Source of the DNA: Minisyncoccota bacterium
Lineage (GTDB): Bacteria > Patescibacteriota > Minisyncoccia > Phycocordibacterales > UBA1006
Assembly (NCBI GenBank): GCA_021209525.1
Contig: JAJOIF010000006.1
Span: forward strand, 14,115-78,114
Direction: 5' to 3'
DNA length: 64,000 nucleotides
Translations under genes and position numbers: made by a program
Shown: one piece after another, positions 48,118-57,547 of the stretch
How the letters are laid out: each line of letters starts with the position of its first letter
How positions within the stretch are numbered: the stretch's first letter is position 1
The notes under the pieces: generated by a model
Told to the model about the DNA's origin: nothing
The model's database searches: none
The model's input: the letters and a program-made list of their open reading frames with translations, nothing else

Positions 48118-48774
48118 ATGCATACATGGCGAACACGTATTCACGAAACACAACATTCATTTTGGTACGAGATGATATTTGTCATATTGGCGCTTCTCGC
48201 CACGGGTCTTTTTATTACAGAGCTCTCGACATCGCTTGATGCGTCTGTCATTCGTATATTCCATAGTGTTGATATGGTGGTAGTGAGTATATTCATTACT
48301 GATTTTATTATAGGTATCATTGCAGCGCCGCGTGCTCTGCGGTATGTGCGCACACATTGGATGGATATACTTGCTTCTATTCCAGTATCAGGAGGAATTT
48401 TTCAAACATTGCGCATACTGCGTCTCTTTCGTTTGGGGCGAATCTTGGGATATATACAGAGAAAAGTGTTACATACGTCACATGAGCTCACCAATCGCAA
48501 GCGCATTATTTATCTCTCGGTATTTGCATTTTCAGTCGTATTGTTTGGGGCGACGAGTTTCTTTTTAGTAGAAGGGTCGGTGAATCCTACGGTGACATCA
48601 TTCCTTGATGCAGTGTACTGGGCATCAGTGACTGCAACAACAGTTGGGTATGGAGATATATTTGCGATGACTGTATTGGGTAAGTGGATAAGTATTGTGC
48701 TTATGTTTGCAGGGGTCATTCTCTTTGGTTCTATTGCTGGATTTATGGGTTCAATTTTTGTGCAAAGGAAATAA
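48118..48774 (+). CDS. potassium channel (6TM-type with S4-like helix and TVGYGD filter)
   Basis: Selectivity filter ATTVGYGDI; S4-like LRILRLFRLGRILG; ATG 8 nt after a TATACT box. Confidence 0.75.
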   Translation: MHTWRTRIHETQHSFWYEMIFVILALLATGLFITELSTSLDASVIRIFHSVDMVVVSIFITDFIIGIIAAPRALRYVRTHWMDILASIPVSGGIFQTLRILRLFRLGRILGYIQRKVLHTSHELTNRKRIIYLSVFAFSVVLFGATSFFLVEGSVNPTVTSFLDAVYWASVTATTVGYGDIFAMTVLGKWISIVLMFAGVILFGSIAGFMGSIFVQRK

Positions 48775-48777
48775 GTA

Positions 48778-49329
48778 TTACACCTCATCAGTCGGAACAT
48801 TTTTCTCTGTATGATCAATAACACCTCCAGTGACTGCGAAAAAGAATGCAGGCTCTGCTTCGATGTTCATTTTTTCAATGAGGTCATTGTGTACAATAAT
48901 ACATTCTGATTGTATTGAAAATGATGAAGGGATGAGTACGGCGCTATGATCGGCAAGTGCAAATTGAGGAAGTGTTCCATGAATGAGAAAACCTATTTTG
49001 CGCTGACCTTCGCCAGTATGTATCCATACCGGTTCGTGAGAGGTTTTTTTCTTGAGAAAGGGAAGTGCTTCAAAGATAGTCACTACATGTTTTGCAAGAG
49101 GTGCTCGCGTATGCAATACATGATAGATACGATGCATAAGTGTATGATGCGCAATCCATCCAAGTATGCCGAGCACACCAATACCTACGAGAAATGCAGA
49201 AATACCGCTCAGGTTTGGGATGATGCTATCAAAAAAATTACTAATACCGCGCACCATCCACACCACAATAAAAATAGGTAAGAGGAGCAATGATCCGCGA
49301 ACAATGTGTTGCAAAAATGTGTAAAACAT
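48778..49329 (-). CDS. DUF502 family membrane protein
   Basis: 2 TM then the DUF502 core (SAVLIPSSFSIQSECIIVHNDLIEKMNIEAEPAFFFAVTGGV). Confidence 0.55.
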   Translation of the reverse strand: MFYTFLQHIVRGSLLLLPIFIVVWMVRGISNFFDSIIPNLSGISAFLVGIGVLGILGWIAHHTLMHRIYHVLHTRAPLAKHVVTIFEALPFLKKKTSHEPVWIHTGEGQRKIGFLIHGTLPQFALADHSAVLIPSSFSIQSECIIVHNDLIEKMNIEAEPAFFFAVTGGVIDHTEKNVPTDEV

Positions 49330-49656
49330 ATAAAAGATTATAATATACTCCGTACATTATATACAATATTATTATGTCGCTTCGCATGTGATTAGAGTAG
49401 CTATATCACTGCTCTGGCGAGCTTCCATTTTTTCGGCAGATTTTCCCCGAACTGCATTCGTTGCGGAGATGACAGGATTCGGCCACCCTCATGGCTCTCA
49501 TTTCGTGCTGGCGCACTCATTACGAGCTCATTCGCTCGGCCCCGCCGTTCGCGCCGTACTCGCTTTGCTCCGTGCGGCATTGCTCACTTTTTTCGAATCC
49601 CGTCATCTCTCGCTCGCATACAAAAACCAAAGCATCCGCTTTGGTTTTCTGGCTCG

Positions 49657-49741
49657 CGGAGATGACAGGATTCGAACCTGCGAGAGATTGCTCTCTACAC
49701 GCTTTCCAAGCGTGCGCTTTCAACCACTCAGCCACATCTCC
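49657..49741 (-). tRNA. tRNA-Ser (anticodon GGA), long variable arm
   Basis: Reverse complement folds as GGAGATG..GCTG-AGTGGTTGAAAGC..CACGC-TTGGAAA-GCGTG..variable arm TAGAGAGCAATCTCTCGC..CAGGTTCGAATCCTGTC..ATCTCCG. Confidence 0.85.
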
Positions 49742-49804
49742 AATACGGCGCATTATAGCATATCATGTGCATATGTTGATATAATGTGGTATGCTAGTAC
49801 GTGT

Positions 49805-50308
49805 ATGAAAAATCTTTCACCCAAAATCATTCTGTTAATCATTATTGCACTTATTGCAGGAATTATTCTTGTGCGCAGTAATCAATCAGTTGATATAGAA
49901 AATAACACATCTACAGATCAAGAAGTTGATGAAGTCTATCCGCTCGCATCATGTGTGACTATTACATCACCTCAAGCTGGCGCAGAAGTTATTCTGCCGC
50001 TCACCATTTCTGGAACATTTACCGATATAGGATGTTGGAAAATTTTTGAAGGAGAAGCAGGTTTTGTAACACTTGAGCAAGCAGGTGCTATTATCGCAGG
50101 TGGAACAGTAGATCAAGGGCTCATTACCGTGTCTGGTGACTTTTATGACCAAGCGAGTTACCCGCTTGCATTTTCAGCAACTATCACTGAACTTGCTACC
50201 CCAGCGACGGGACCTATTGATATGGTGCTCACCGAACGAGCTGATCTCGGCGAAGACGGCATGATGTATATTCCACAAGTAGTAGTTATGCCTATTATTT
50301 TAGAATAA
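49805..50308 (+). CDS. membrane-anchored Gmad2-like immunoglobulin-fold protein
   Basis: TM then ITSPQAGAEVILPLTISGTFTDIGCWKIFEGEAGFVTLEQ resembling the Gmad2 Ig-like domain. The upstream part of track ORF 49388 is translated tRNA and spurious. Confidence 0.45.
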   Translation: MKNLSPKIILLIIIALIAGIILVRSNQSVDIENNTSTDQEVDEVYPLASCVTITSPQAGAEVILPLTISGTFTDIGCWKIFEGEAGFVTLEQAGAIIAGGTVDQGLITVSGDFYDQASYPLAFSATITELATPATGPIDMVLTERADLGEDGMMYIPQVVVMPIILE

Positions 50309-50327
50309 GGGGACATCTTATCCAAGG

Positions 50328-50360
50328 CAAAAAACACAGGCGCGCCCTGTGTTTTTTTTT
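50328..50360 (+). terminator. rho-independent terminator (aaaaaacacagggcgcgccctgtgttttttttt)
   Basis: Perfect hairpin plus T9. Confidence 0.85.
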
Positions 50361-50400
50361 GTTCATGAAAAATAATTGAGGAATTATTTTGATGATGCAT

Positions 50401-50799
50401 CTATGCTTCGGCACTCTCTATTTCTCGTTCATCTGCGATAAAGTGGTGTCGCACGACAAAGAGGAGGGCAAGAGAAATCACTGCGAGCATTACCCCAATA
50501 AAATCTCCGTCAATAAGGAGCATCTTGCGCGCAATAATAAATACAGCGAGCTCTATGATGGTATTCAAGTTATAGCTAAAGAGCATACGAGCAAGCTCAA
50601 CCCCAATAGCGAGTTGGAGAATAATTTTGAGGCTTTCCATAAAAATATCCATCTGCGACCAATCTGCTTGGGCGAGGTGAATAATTTGAAATACAGTCAC
50701 CACAGCAACCGCAATGAGCGCGAGTGCCCCAAGTGTAATTTCAAACCAATGTAATATGTACTCACCTTTGGTTTTAATGCGTTGTGTTTTTGCTGACAT
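50401..50799 (-). CDS. PsiE-like small membrane protein (4 TM)
   Basis: Size and TM layout resemble the phosphate-starvation-inducible PsiE family; weak. Confidence 0.35.
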   Translation of the reverse strand: MSAKTQRIKTKGEYILHWFEITLGALALIAVAVVTVFQIIHLAQADWSQMDIFMESLKIILQLAIGVELARMLFSYNLNTIIELAVFIIARKMLLIDGDFIGVMLAVISLALLFVVRHHFIADEREIESAEA

Positions 50800-50860
50800 A
50801 CATATTCAGTATAGCATAACTATGTGCACCTAATATATTTTTGTATTATACTAGAAACAT

Positions 50861-51088
50861 ATGATTGGATATATAGGATTAGGATTATTACTCGTTGCAT
50901 ACATGACTTTACTCACTCACAAAAGCTGGCTTTTTGCATTTATGAATAGCGTGGCAAGTATTCTGTTGACGGCGCATGCTTTTCTCCTTGGGGATATTCC
51001 ATTTATTATCGTGAATGCATTAGTGGCTAGTATGTTAATTGTCAAAATTTTTCAAGACAAATTGTGGCGCCATATAGTCTGCATATAA
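50861..51088 (+). CDS. small 2-TM membrane protein
   Basis: ORF preceded by the same 17-mer TATACTAGAAACATATG as the K-channel gene. Confidence 0.4.
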   Translation: MIGYIGLGLLLVAYMTLLTHKSWLFAFMNSVASILLTAHAFLLGDIPFIIVNALVASMLIVKIFQDKLWRHIVCI

Positions 51089-51097
51089 GCTCTGTAT

Positions 51098-51861
51098 ATG
51101 ATTATTCTTTTTATTGGTGTACTTATATATATGACACTAGGATACGCTCTTGCGCAAATAGTGCGTCGCAATGATATTGCAGATACTTTATGGGGTATTG
51201 GTTTTGTTCTATTGTCATGGGGTGCGGTATATCTTTCAGGGAATACATCGTGGGATATGATCGTGCTTGCAAGTATGGTGACGCTATGGGGTGTGCGTCT
51301 CGCTCTGCATATTGGTTCTCGATCATGGGGTAAGGGTGAAGATTTTCGTTACCATGCATGGCGTCAGTCATGGATGCTTCGTGGTGTGTGGTACTATCGT
51401 ATCCGCGCATATGCGCAAGTATTTTTACTGCAGGTGTGCTCATGTATCTCATCGCAAGTCCATTTCTTATGTATGCATATGTGCGCACATCGGCAATGAT
51501 GTGGGCGATGGTGATAGGAGTCTGTATGTGGAGTATCGGATTCTTTTTTGAAGCGATTGGAGATTTTCAGTTGCGTGTATTTTTGAAAAACAAAAACGCA
51601 TCTATTATGACGACGGGGTTATGGAGTCTCACGCGACACCCTAATTATTTTGGAGAAATTATGATGTGGTGGGGTATAGGTATCTACACGCTCACTGCTC
51701 AATTGCCACTATCACTCATTGCGCTCATTGGCCCCTTGCTCATTACGTATTTACTCCTCTATGTGTCAGGTATTCCGCTCCTTGAAGAAAAATGGCGCGA
51801 CCATCCAGAGTTCCAAGCATATGCACAAAAAACACCAGCACTCTTTCCAAAGATTTTTTAA
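51098..51861 (+). pseudogene. DUF1295 (steroid-5-alpha-reductase/ICMT-like, RHPNYFG motif) membrane protein gene split by a 1-nt frameshift near 51420-51435
   Basis: ORFs 51098-51499 and 51358-51861 overlap in two frames and join into one DUF1295-like protein (..RIRAYAQVFLLQ / AGVLMYLIASPF..LTRHPNYFGEIMMWWGIGI..) across a T5 run. Confidence 0.65.
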
Positions 51862-51950
51862 GAGAAAACATTTGTGGAGAGAGTAGGTATGATCAGTAAT
51901 TGTATGGTATACTTTATTTATTAGCAGATAGACATAAGATATACATATTT

Positions 51951-52214
51951 ATGAAAACAACACAACGTATTGATGGTATTCGTTTAGGTCTCGCGGGAGG
52001 TATTGTTATTGGATTCTCACTTTTCTTTTTGACTATTATTGCGTCAATGTTTGGGTATGGTGTTGAATTGCTCGACATTCTCAAGTTTTATCCTGGATAT
52101 GATATAACTCCGGGTGGCGCAGCGCTCGGTTTTGTATGGGGATTTGTTGATGGATTTATTTTCTTTGCTCTTTTGGCATGGTTGTATAACCATATTCATC
52201 TCTATCACGGATAA
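51951..52214 (+). CDS. small membrane protein
   Basis: 2 TM, Gly-rich; terminator follows at 52241-52262. Confidence 0.4.
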   Translation: MKTTQRIDGIRLGLAGGIVIGFSLFFLTIIASMFGYGVELLDILKFYPGYDITPGGAALGFVWGFVDGFIFFALLAWLYNHIHLYHG

Positions 52215-52294
52215 AACATACTAAAAGTATACAGAATCGCCTCAGACTGAGGTGGTTTTGTATTGGCGCTTTGTTTTATGATATAGTACTACAT

Positions 52295-52774
52295 ATGCGT
52301 ATACATCTTGCAACAGATCATGCTGGTTTTGAACTCAAAGAACACATCAAAAATCATCTCATAACACATGGGTATGAGGTTATTGATCATGGTGCAACTG
52401 CGTATGATGCGCAGGACGACTTTACGGTGTATGTTGAACGAGCAATGCGATCCATTACTGGTGACGACAGAGGTATTATTTTGGGAGGCTCAGGGCAAGG
52501 AGAAGCTATGCTCGCAAATCGTTTCTCACACATTCGTGCGGGCGTGTACTATGGCGCAGCGGGTACGCAAATTGATGCGTCTGGCGCAGAAATTGATATG
52601 ATAGCATCACTTCGTGAGCACAATGATTGCAATGTTTTGTCTCTCGGGGCGCGTTTTGTAGACCCTGAGCATGTAGGCGCTGTCATTGATACATGGCTCG
52701 CTCTGCCTTTTTCTGGTGCAGAGCGTCATGTGCGTCGCATTCAAGCAATAACCAAAGATTTCTCACAAAACTAA
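52295..52774 (+). CDS. rpiB: ribose-5-phosphate isomerase B
   Basis: RpiB/LacAB motifs MRIHLATDHAGFELKE, ILGGSGQGEAMLANR. Confidence 0.85.
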   Translation: MRIHLATDHAGFELKEHIKNHLITHGYEVIDHGATAYDAQDDFTVYVERAMRSITGDDRGIILGGSGQGEAMLANRFSHIRAGVYYGAAGTQIDASGAEIDMIASLREHNDCNVLSLGARFVDPEHVGAVIDTWLALPFSGAERHVRRIQAITKDFSQN

Positions 52775-52775
52775 T

Positions 52776-53048
52776 ATGAACTGGTACGCTGATATTGACG
52801 AAACAACACAAAGAGAGACCGATGCGGTTACGGATCGTATTTTAGATGAATGGCCGTGGACACAGCATCCAGGGTCGCACATGCAGCGAGAAATGAAAAA
52901 ACTCCAAGACATGTATATTACTATTCGTACGCAACGAGACGCGTCCGTAGACACCGAAGAGCGCGCACACTTACAAGAACAGTGTATGGTGCTTCACAAA
53001 AAAATCAAAGAAATGCAACAAAAATTTTTACAAGAATATTATTCATAG
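52776..53048 (+). CDS. hypothetical protein
   Basis: ORF only, tightly packed between rpiB and rpe. Confidence 0.4.
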   Translation: MNWYADIDETTQRETDAVTDRILDEWPWTQHPGSHMQREMKKLQDMYITIRTQRDASVDTEERAHLQEQCMVLHKKIKEMQQKFLQEYYS

Positions 53049-53059
53049 ATTATCTTTTT

Positions 53060-53764
53060 ATGTCTGACATTATTCCTGCGCTCATGCCGCGCACCTACAC
53101 ACAATTAGAAGAACTCGTCGATGCTGTTGCCGGATACGCACCAGTAGTGCAATTTGATATTATGGACGGTCATTTTGTTACAGGCAAAACATGGCCTTTT
53201 GGCGACATGGAAAGCGAAGAATTTCTCGCCATTGTTCGTGAGCAAGAAGATTTACCGCATGCTGATGCATGTGCATATGAGCTTGATCTCATGGTGCATG
53301 AGCCTGGGGAATATATTAGTCAATGGCAAGCTATGAAACCAGCAAGTATTGTGCTCCATCTTGAGAGTATGCACGACCCAGTAGAAACACTCTTTCTCTT
53401 TCAGCGCTTGCGCGAACATACTGCTATCGGCCTTTCTTTTTCTCGTGATATACGCCCCCAAGATATCTTTGCATATCTTCCGTCTATTGATTTCATTCAA
53501 TGTATGGGTATTGCACATATTGGCAAACAAGGTGAACCTTTTGACGAAACAGTGCTTGAGCAAATAGAAGCATTTCACAAACAGTATCCATCGCTTCCTA
53601 TTTCTGTTGATGGTGCTGTCAGTAGAGAAACATTACCGCGCCTTATAGCTGCAGGTGCGCGCCGGCTCGTGGTAGGGTCAGGTATTTTTGCACACCCTGA
53701 ACCAGTGCATGCATTCATGGAATTGCGTGACCAAGCCACTGCTTTTTCTTTGGGAGGGAATTAA
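53060..53764 (+). CDS. rpe: ribulose-phosphate 3-epimerase
   Basis: TIM-barrel Rpe motifs FDIMDGHFV, LDLMVHEP, SVDGAV..VVGSGIF. Confidence 0.8.
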   Translation: MSDIIPALMPRTYTQLEELVDAVAGYAPVVQFDIMDGHFVTGKTWPFGDMESEEFLAIVREQEDLPHADACAYELDLMVHEPGEYISQWQAMKPASIVLHLESMHDPVETLFLFQRLREHTAIGLSFSRDIRPQDIFAYLPSIDFIQCMGIAHIGKQGEPFDETVLEQIEAFHKQYPSLPISVDGAVSRETLPRLIAAGARRLVVGSGIFAHPEPVHAFMELRDQATAFSLGGN

Positions 53765-53783
53765 TGTGTGGTATACTTATTCT

Positions 53784-54644
53784 ATGCAACTTACCGAAAA
53801 ACAAAAACGTAATCTTGAATTACAAGCCATCGAAGTACGTCAAAGTATTATTGATATGCTCGAAGACGCAGGAAGCGGTCACACTGCTGGGTCTCTCGAT
53901 ATGGCAGATATTTTCACTGCTCTGTATTTTCATGTCGCCAAACATGATCCCAAGAATCCTGAATGGCCAGAGCGTGATCGCATCATTCTTTCAAATGGAC
54001 ACATTGTGCCGGTGCGCTATGCAACGATGGCACATGCTGGGTACTTTCCTATCCAAGAACTAAAAACGCTCCGTACTTTCGGATCTCGCCTCCAAGGACA
54101 TCCAGAACGAACACACTTACCAGGACTTGAAACAACATCAGGACCTCTTGGTTCTGGATTATCTCAAGCTGCAGGGATGGCATATGCTGCAAAAATGGAC
54201 AAGCGTAACCACCACATATTTTGCCTTATGTCTGACGGAGAAATGCAGGCAGGAAATATTTGGGAAGCAGCTATGTTTGCACATGCGCATGCTCTCGATA
54301 ATCTTATCGGTATTGTGGATCGTAATTATATTCAGATTAATGGACGCACCGAAGACGTAATGCCGATCGAGCCTTTTGCAGAAAAGTGGGAATCATTCGG
54401 ATGGCGCGTTATTGAAATCAATGGGCATCGCATGGATGCTATTGTTGAAGCGTGCGAAGCGGCCAAAGCACATACGGGCTCTCCTGTGGTAATTATTGCA
54501 CATACAATTCCGGGCAAGGGCGTGCCTGAAATTGAATTTGATCATGAGTGGCACGGCAAAGCGCCTTCCCAAGAACAACAAGATCGCTGGCTCAAAGATT
54601 TGCGCACACTCAAGGGTAAGATGAGTGCGAGTCACTATGAATAG
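53784..54644 (+). CDS. tktA: transketolase, N-terminal (TPP-binding) subunit
   Basis: SGHTAGSLDMADIF, GHPE, GPLGSGLSQAAGMA, SDGEMQAGNIWEA. Confidence 0.85.
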   Translation: MQLTEKQKRNLELQAIEVRQSIIDMLEDAGSGHTAGSLDMADIFTALYFHVAKHDPKNPEWPERDRIILSNGHIVPVRYATMAHAGYFPIQELKTLRTFGSRLQGHPERTHLPGLETTSGPLGSGLSQAAGMAYAAKMDKRNHHIFCLMSDGEMQAGNIWEAAMFAHAHALDNLIGIVDRNYIQINGRTEDVMPIEPFAEKWESFGWRVIEINGHRMDAIVEACEAAKAHTGSPVVIIAHTIPGKGVPEIEFDHEWHGKAPSQEQQDRWLKDLRTLKGKMSASHYE

Positions 54645-55203
54645 TATGAATCTCTCACGTACATACAAAAAAATAAAAAAGTATGTCGCTACGTACGAGT
54701 ACATAAAATACGCAGTATTAGTGGGAGGAATTATTGTCGCTGTGACGCTCTTGATTATTATGCGTGCGCAGATGAGTGTCTCACAAGCACGCATATTTAC
54801 AAAAAATGAAGTATATACAATTGGGTGGGATAGAGGGCGGGCAATGGAGTTGCGTTTTTGTAAAAAAGAAATGCATCGCGAAAAAATACTCTATGCATTT
54901 GTGCCAAGCGCGTCTTCATGTCTGGTTTCTGATTCAGAATATGTGTATATAAGTAACAGAGAATTACTTGCGCGTCTGGAATCACCCCAAGACATTCTTG
55001 ATTTTCTTGAAATAAATAAAACACATGGAGTAGCGCTGAGTGCATACCCGCAACCACTCCCGAGCGGGCACGTATACATGATTACACCACGCAGTAGTTC
55101 AGCATTTGATCTCCTTCGGGAATATCAGACGCACGGTATCTTTTCCCGTATTCAATTATTTACCCATACATCAGACACATTATCCTACGCTATAACCCAC
55201 TAA
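54625..55203 (+). CDS. membrane-anchored hypothetical protein inserted between the transketolase subunit genes
   Basis: TM helix (YAVLVGGIIVAVTLLII); no family recognised. Confidence 0.4.
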   Translation: MRVTMNSMNLSRTYKKIKKYVATYEYIKYAVLVGGIIVAVTLLIIMRAQMSVSQARIFTKNEVYTIGWDRGRAMELRFCKKEMHREKILYAFVPSASSCLVSDSEYVYISNRELLARLESPQDILDFLEINKTHGVALSAYPQPLPSGHVYMITPRSSSAFDLLREYQTHGIFSRIQLFTHTSDTLSYAITH

Positions 55204-55260
55204 TGATATATGCTTAATCCACAATTATATCTTCATACAGATACATTGCAAGGTGGCGAT

Positions 55261-56202
55261 ATGCCGCGCAAACCTTCACGTGATGGTTTTGGTAAGGGGC
55301 TCGTAGAGCTCGGCAAACGAGATGATCGTGTTGTCGCGCTTTGTGCCGACCTCGCCGAGTCAACACGCATGCTTGAATTTAAAACCATATTTCCAGATCG
55401 TTATGTAGAACTCGGTGTTGCTGAGCAAAATCTCGCCGCAGTTGCCTCAGGTATGGCTGCTGCGGGCAAGATTCCATTTATTGCTAGTTATGCAAGTTTT
55501 TCACCAGGGCGCAATAATGAACAAATTCGTACCACTATTGCACTTAATCATATGCCGGTCAAGATTATTGGAAGCCATGCCGGATTGTCTGTAGGTCCTG
55601 ACGGTGCTACCCATCAAGCGCTCGAAGATGTAGGACTCATGCGCATGCTTCCGCACATGACAGTGGTGCAACCATGTGATGCTGAGCAAGCACGCCTTGC
55701 AACAGAAGCACTCCTTGATGTAGATGGTCCTGCGTATGTGCGTCTCAGTCGTGCAGCGTTTCCTGTATTCACGACAGCAGAAACTCCATTTGAAATAGGT
55801 AAAGCTCAAGAAATGTATGTGACCGAAAATCCTCAGGCGGGTATTATTGCAACAGGGGCGCTTGTGCATACAGCATTACTTGCCGCTCACTCATTACGCG
55901 CCGAAGGTATCGAGGTGTCGGTGATGAATATTCACACCATTAAACCCCTTGATATTCCTGCAGTAGTCGCACTAGCAAAGCGTGCCGGTGCGCTCATTAC
56001 ATGCGAAGAACATCAAGTAGCCGGCGGGCTCGGATCGCTCATTGCGGAAACAGTAGCGGCGCACCACCCTGTACCTATGGAATACATTGGGGTGCATGAT
56101 CAATTTGGTCAATCAGGAGAACCTGATGAGCTCATGAAACATTATGGCCTCGATGTTTCAGATATTGTGCGTGCAGTAAAGAAGGTGATAGAGAGAAAAT
56201 AA
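55261..56202 (+). CDS. tktB: transketolase, C-terminal (pyrimidine-binding) subunit
   Basis: RDGFGKGL, ELGVAEQN, HAGLSVGPDGATHQALEDV. Confidence 0.85.
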   Translation: MPRKPSRDGFGKGLVELGKRDDRVVALCADLAESTRMLEFKTIFPDRYVELGVAEQNLAAVASGMAAAGKIPFIASYASFSPGRNNEQIRTTIALNHMPVKIIGSHAGLSVGPDGATHQALEDVGLMRMLPHMTVVQPCDAEQARLATEALLDVDGPAYVRLSRAAFPVFTTAETPFEIGKAQEMYVTENPQAGIIATGALVHTALLAAHSLRAEGIEVSVMNIHTIKPLDIPAVVALAKRAGALITCEEHQVAGGLGSLIAETVAAHHPVPMEYIGVHDQFGQSGEPDELMKHYGLDVSDIVRAVKKVIERK

Positions 56203-56224
56203 ATCACACCACTTGTCGTATGTA

Positions 56225-56254
56225 AAAATTCCTCGGTAATGCCGAGGAATTTTG
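56225..56254. terminator. bidirectional terminator (aaaaattcctcggtaatgccgaggaatttt)
   Basis: Hairpin between convergent tktB and sodA. Confidence 0.8.
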
Positions 56255-56279
56255 TATAGAGTTGCTTGTTGCCGAATTT

Positions 56280-56858
56280 CTACGCCCGCAATTTTTCAAA
56301 TCGATCGCTGATAGTTTTCCAATTCACTTGATCAAGGTAGTCTTCAATATATGTTGCCTTGCCGCTTGGTTGATAGTCTGCAACATATGCATGCTCCCAC
56401 ATATCAATGCCGAGGATGTATTGATTACTGTTGAGATGTCCTACATGCTGTTCATCAACCCAGTGATGTATGAGCATGTCAGCGTCTTGATCATGTGAGA
56501 GAATTGCCCAGCCAATACCTCGCGTTTTGGCGAGTTGCACGAATGATGCGCGCCATGCATCATATGACCCCCAATTTTTTTCGAGTGCTTGGTAGAGCGC
56601 GCTCGTTGGGTCAAGGGGCGCTGCGCCGCCTTCGAGGGCACGGAAATAGTATTCATGATTTTTCATACCATTAAATTCAAAACTAAAACGACGCGATAGT
56701 TCTGCTTGGTGATATGGATCGAGATCGCCACTACTCAATTGCTCTAAAATATGATTGGTATTCGTAACATATCCTTTATAAAGACCGAGGTGTTCTTCGA
56801 TATTTTGGCGAGAAATACCTCGCAATTCTGGGATAGTGAAATTTTGTAATGTGTACAT
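56280..56858 (-). CDS. sodA: Fe/Mn superoxide dismutase
   Basis: SOD motifs HH..HH, DMWEHAYY-like (GIDMWEHAYVADYQ). Confidence 0.85.
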   Translation of the reverse strand: MYTLQNFTIPELRGISRQNIEEHLGLYKGYVTNTNHILEQLSSGDLDPYHQAELSRRFSFEFNGMKNHEYYFRALEGGAAPLDPTSALYQALEKNWGSYDAWRASFVQLAKTRGIGWAILSHDQDADMLIHHWVDEQHVGHLNSNQYILGIDMWEHAYVADYQPSGKATYIEDYLDQVNWKTISDRFEKLRA

Positions 56859-56966
56859 GAATATATGATGTCAATTATGTTGGATAAGTATACAAAGTAT
56901 AATAGAAAAGAGAAGTATCTACAAGAAGTTTGTACCCTTGTGATTAAATAGGGTATACTACATACC

Positions 56967-57077
56967 ATGAACACTGAACACACGTCTTCTCAAAAATATT
57001 ATTTCATAGCAGGTTTACCTCGTAGTGGTTCAACGCTTCTCTGTAATATCTTGAATCAGAACGCACGATTTATATGA
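56967..57077 (+). pseudogene. N-terminal fragment (36 aa) of a sulfotransferase-family gene; decayed remnants continue to ~57530
   Basis: MNTEHTSSQKYYFIAGLPRSGSTLLCNILNQNARFI* carries the sulfotransferase 5-prime-PSB P-loop (PRSGST) then stops; downstream frames are broken. The ATG still has a TATACT box 7 nt upstream. Confidence 0.4.
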
Positions 57078-57547
57078 AAGGCAGCCCTTTCTTTGCACAC
57101 TCATTCTGAATACTATTATTAATCATTAGTATATAGAATTAAATGAATAAAGGAGCGAAAGCGACTATTATGAATTTATGCAAAGCAAGCGTACGGCAAA
57201 GAAAGGATATCGGGTTTCAGCAGAGATCAAACAACAAATTATCAGTAGAATTAAGACGGTGTTTTTTATGGATAATCCTTGCCTTGATGACTCATATGAC
57301 GTATGATAGTTCGTATGAGCGTTTGAGAGGCTATCATCCTCGAGCTTTGGGAAGAACGTGCAGATTTCTGCATCAGTAGAACCTGACGGTGTCTTGCGTC
57401 CGTTATCGCACAAAGAAGTGTTCTTGGATATTCTTGTCCAAGAAAAACAAGGTGGTACCGCGGGGAAACTCGTCCTTGTAGAGCGCAATGCGCTGTATCA
57501 AGGGCGAGTTTTTTTATTTTTTCTTTATCAGTAATACGTATACTTGT

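Noticed and set aside
49388-49804. N-terminal 139 codons of ORF 49388-50308, and ORFs 49491-49784 (+) and 49520-49753 (-)
   Set aside because: They span the tRNA-Ser gene and its fragment copies; the peptides (e.g. GDVAEWLKAHAWKACRE) are translated tRNA. The real gene starts at ATG 49805.
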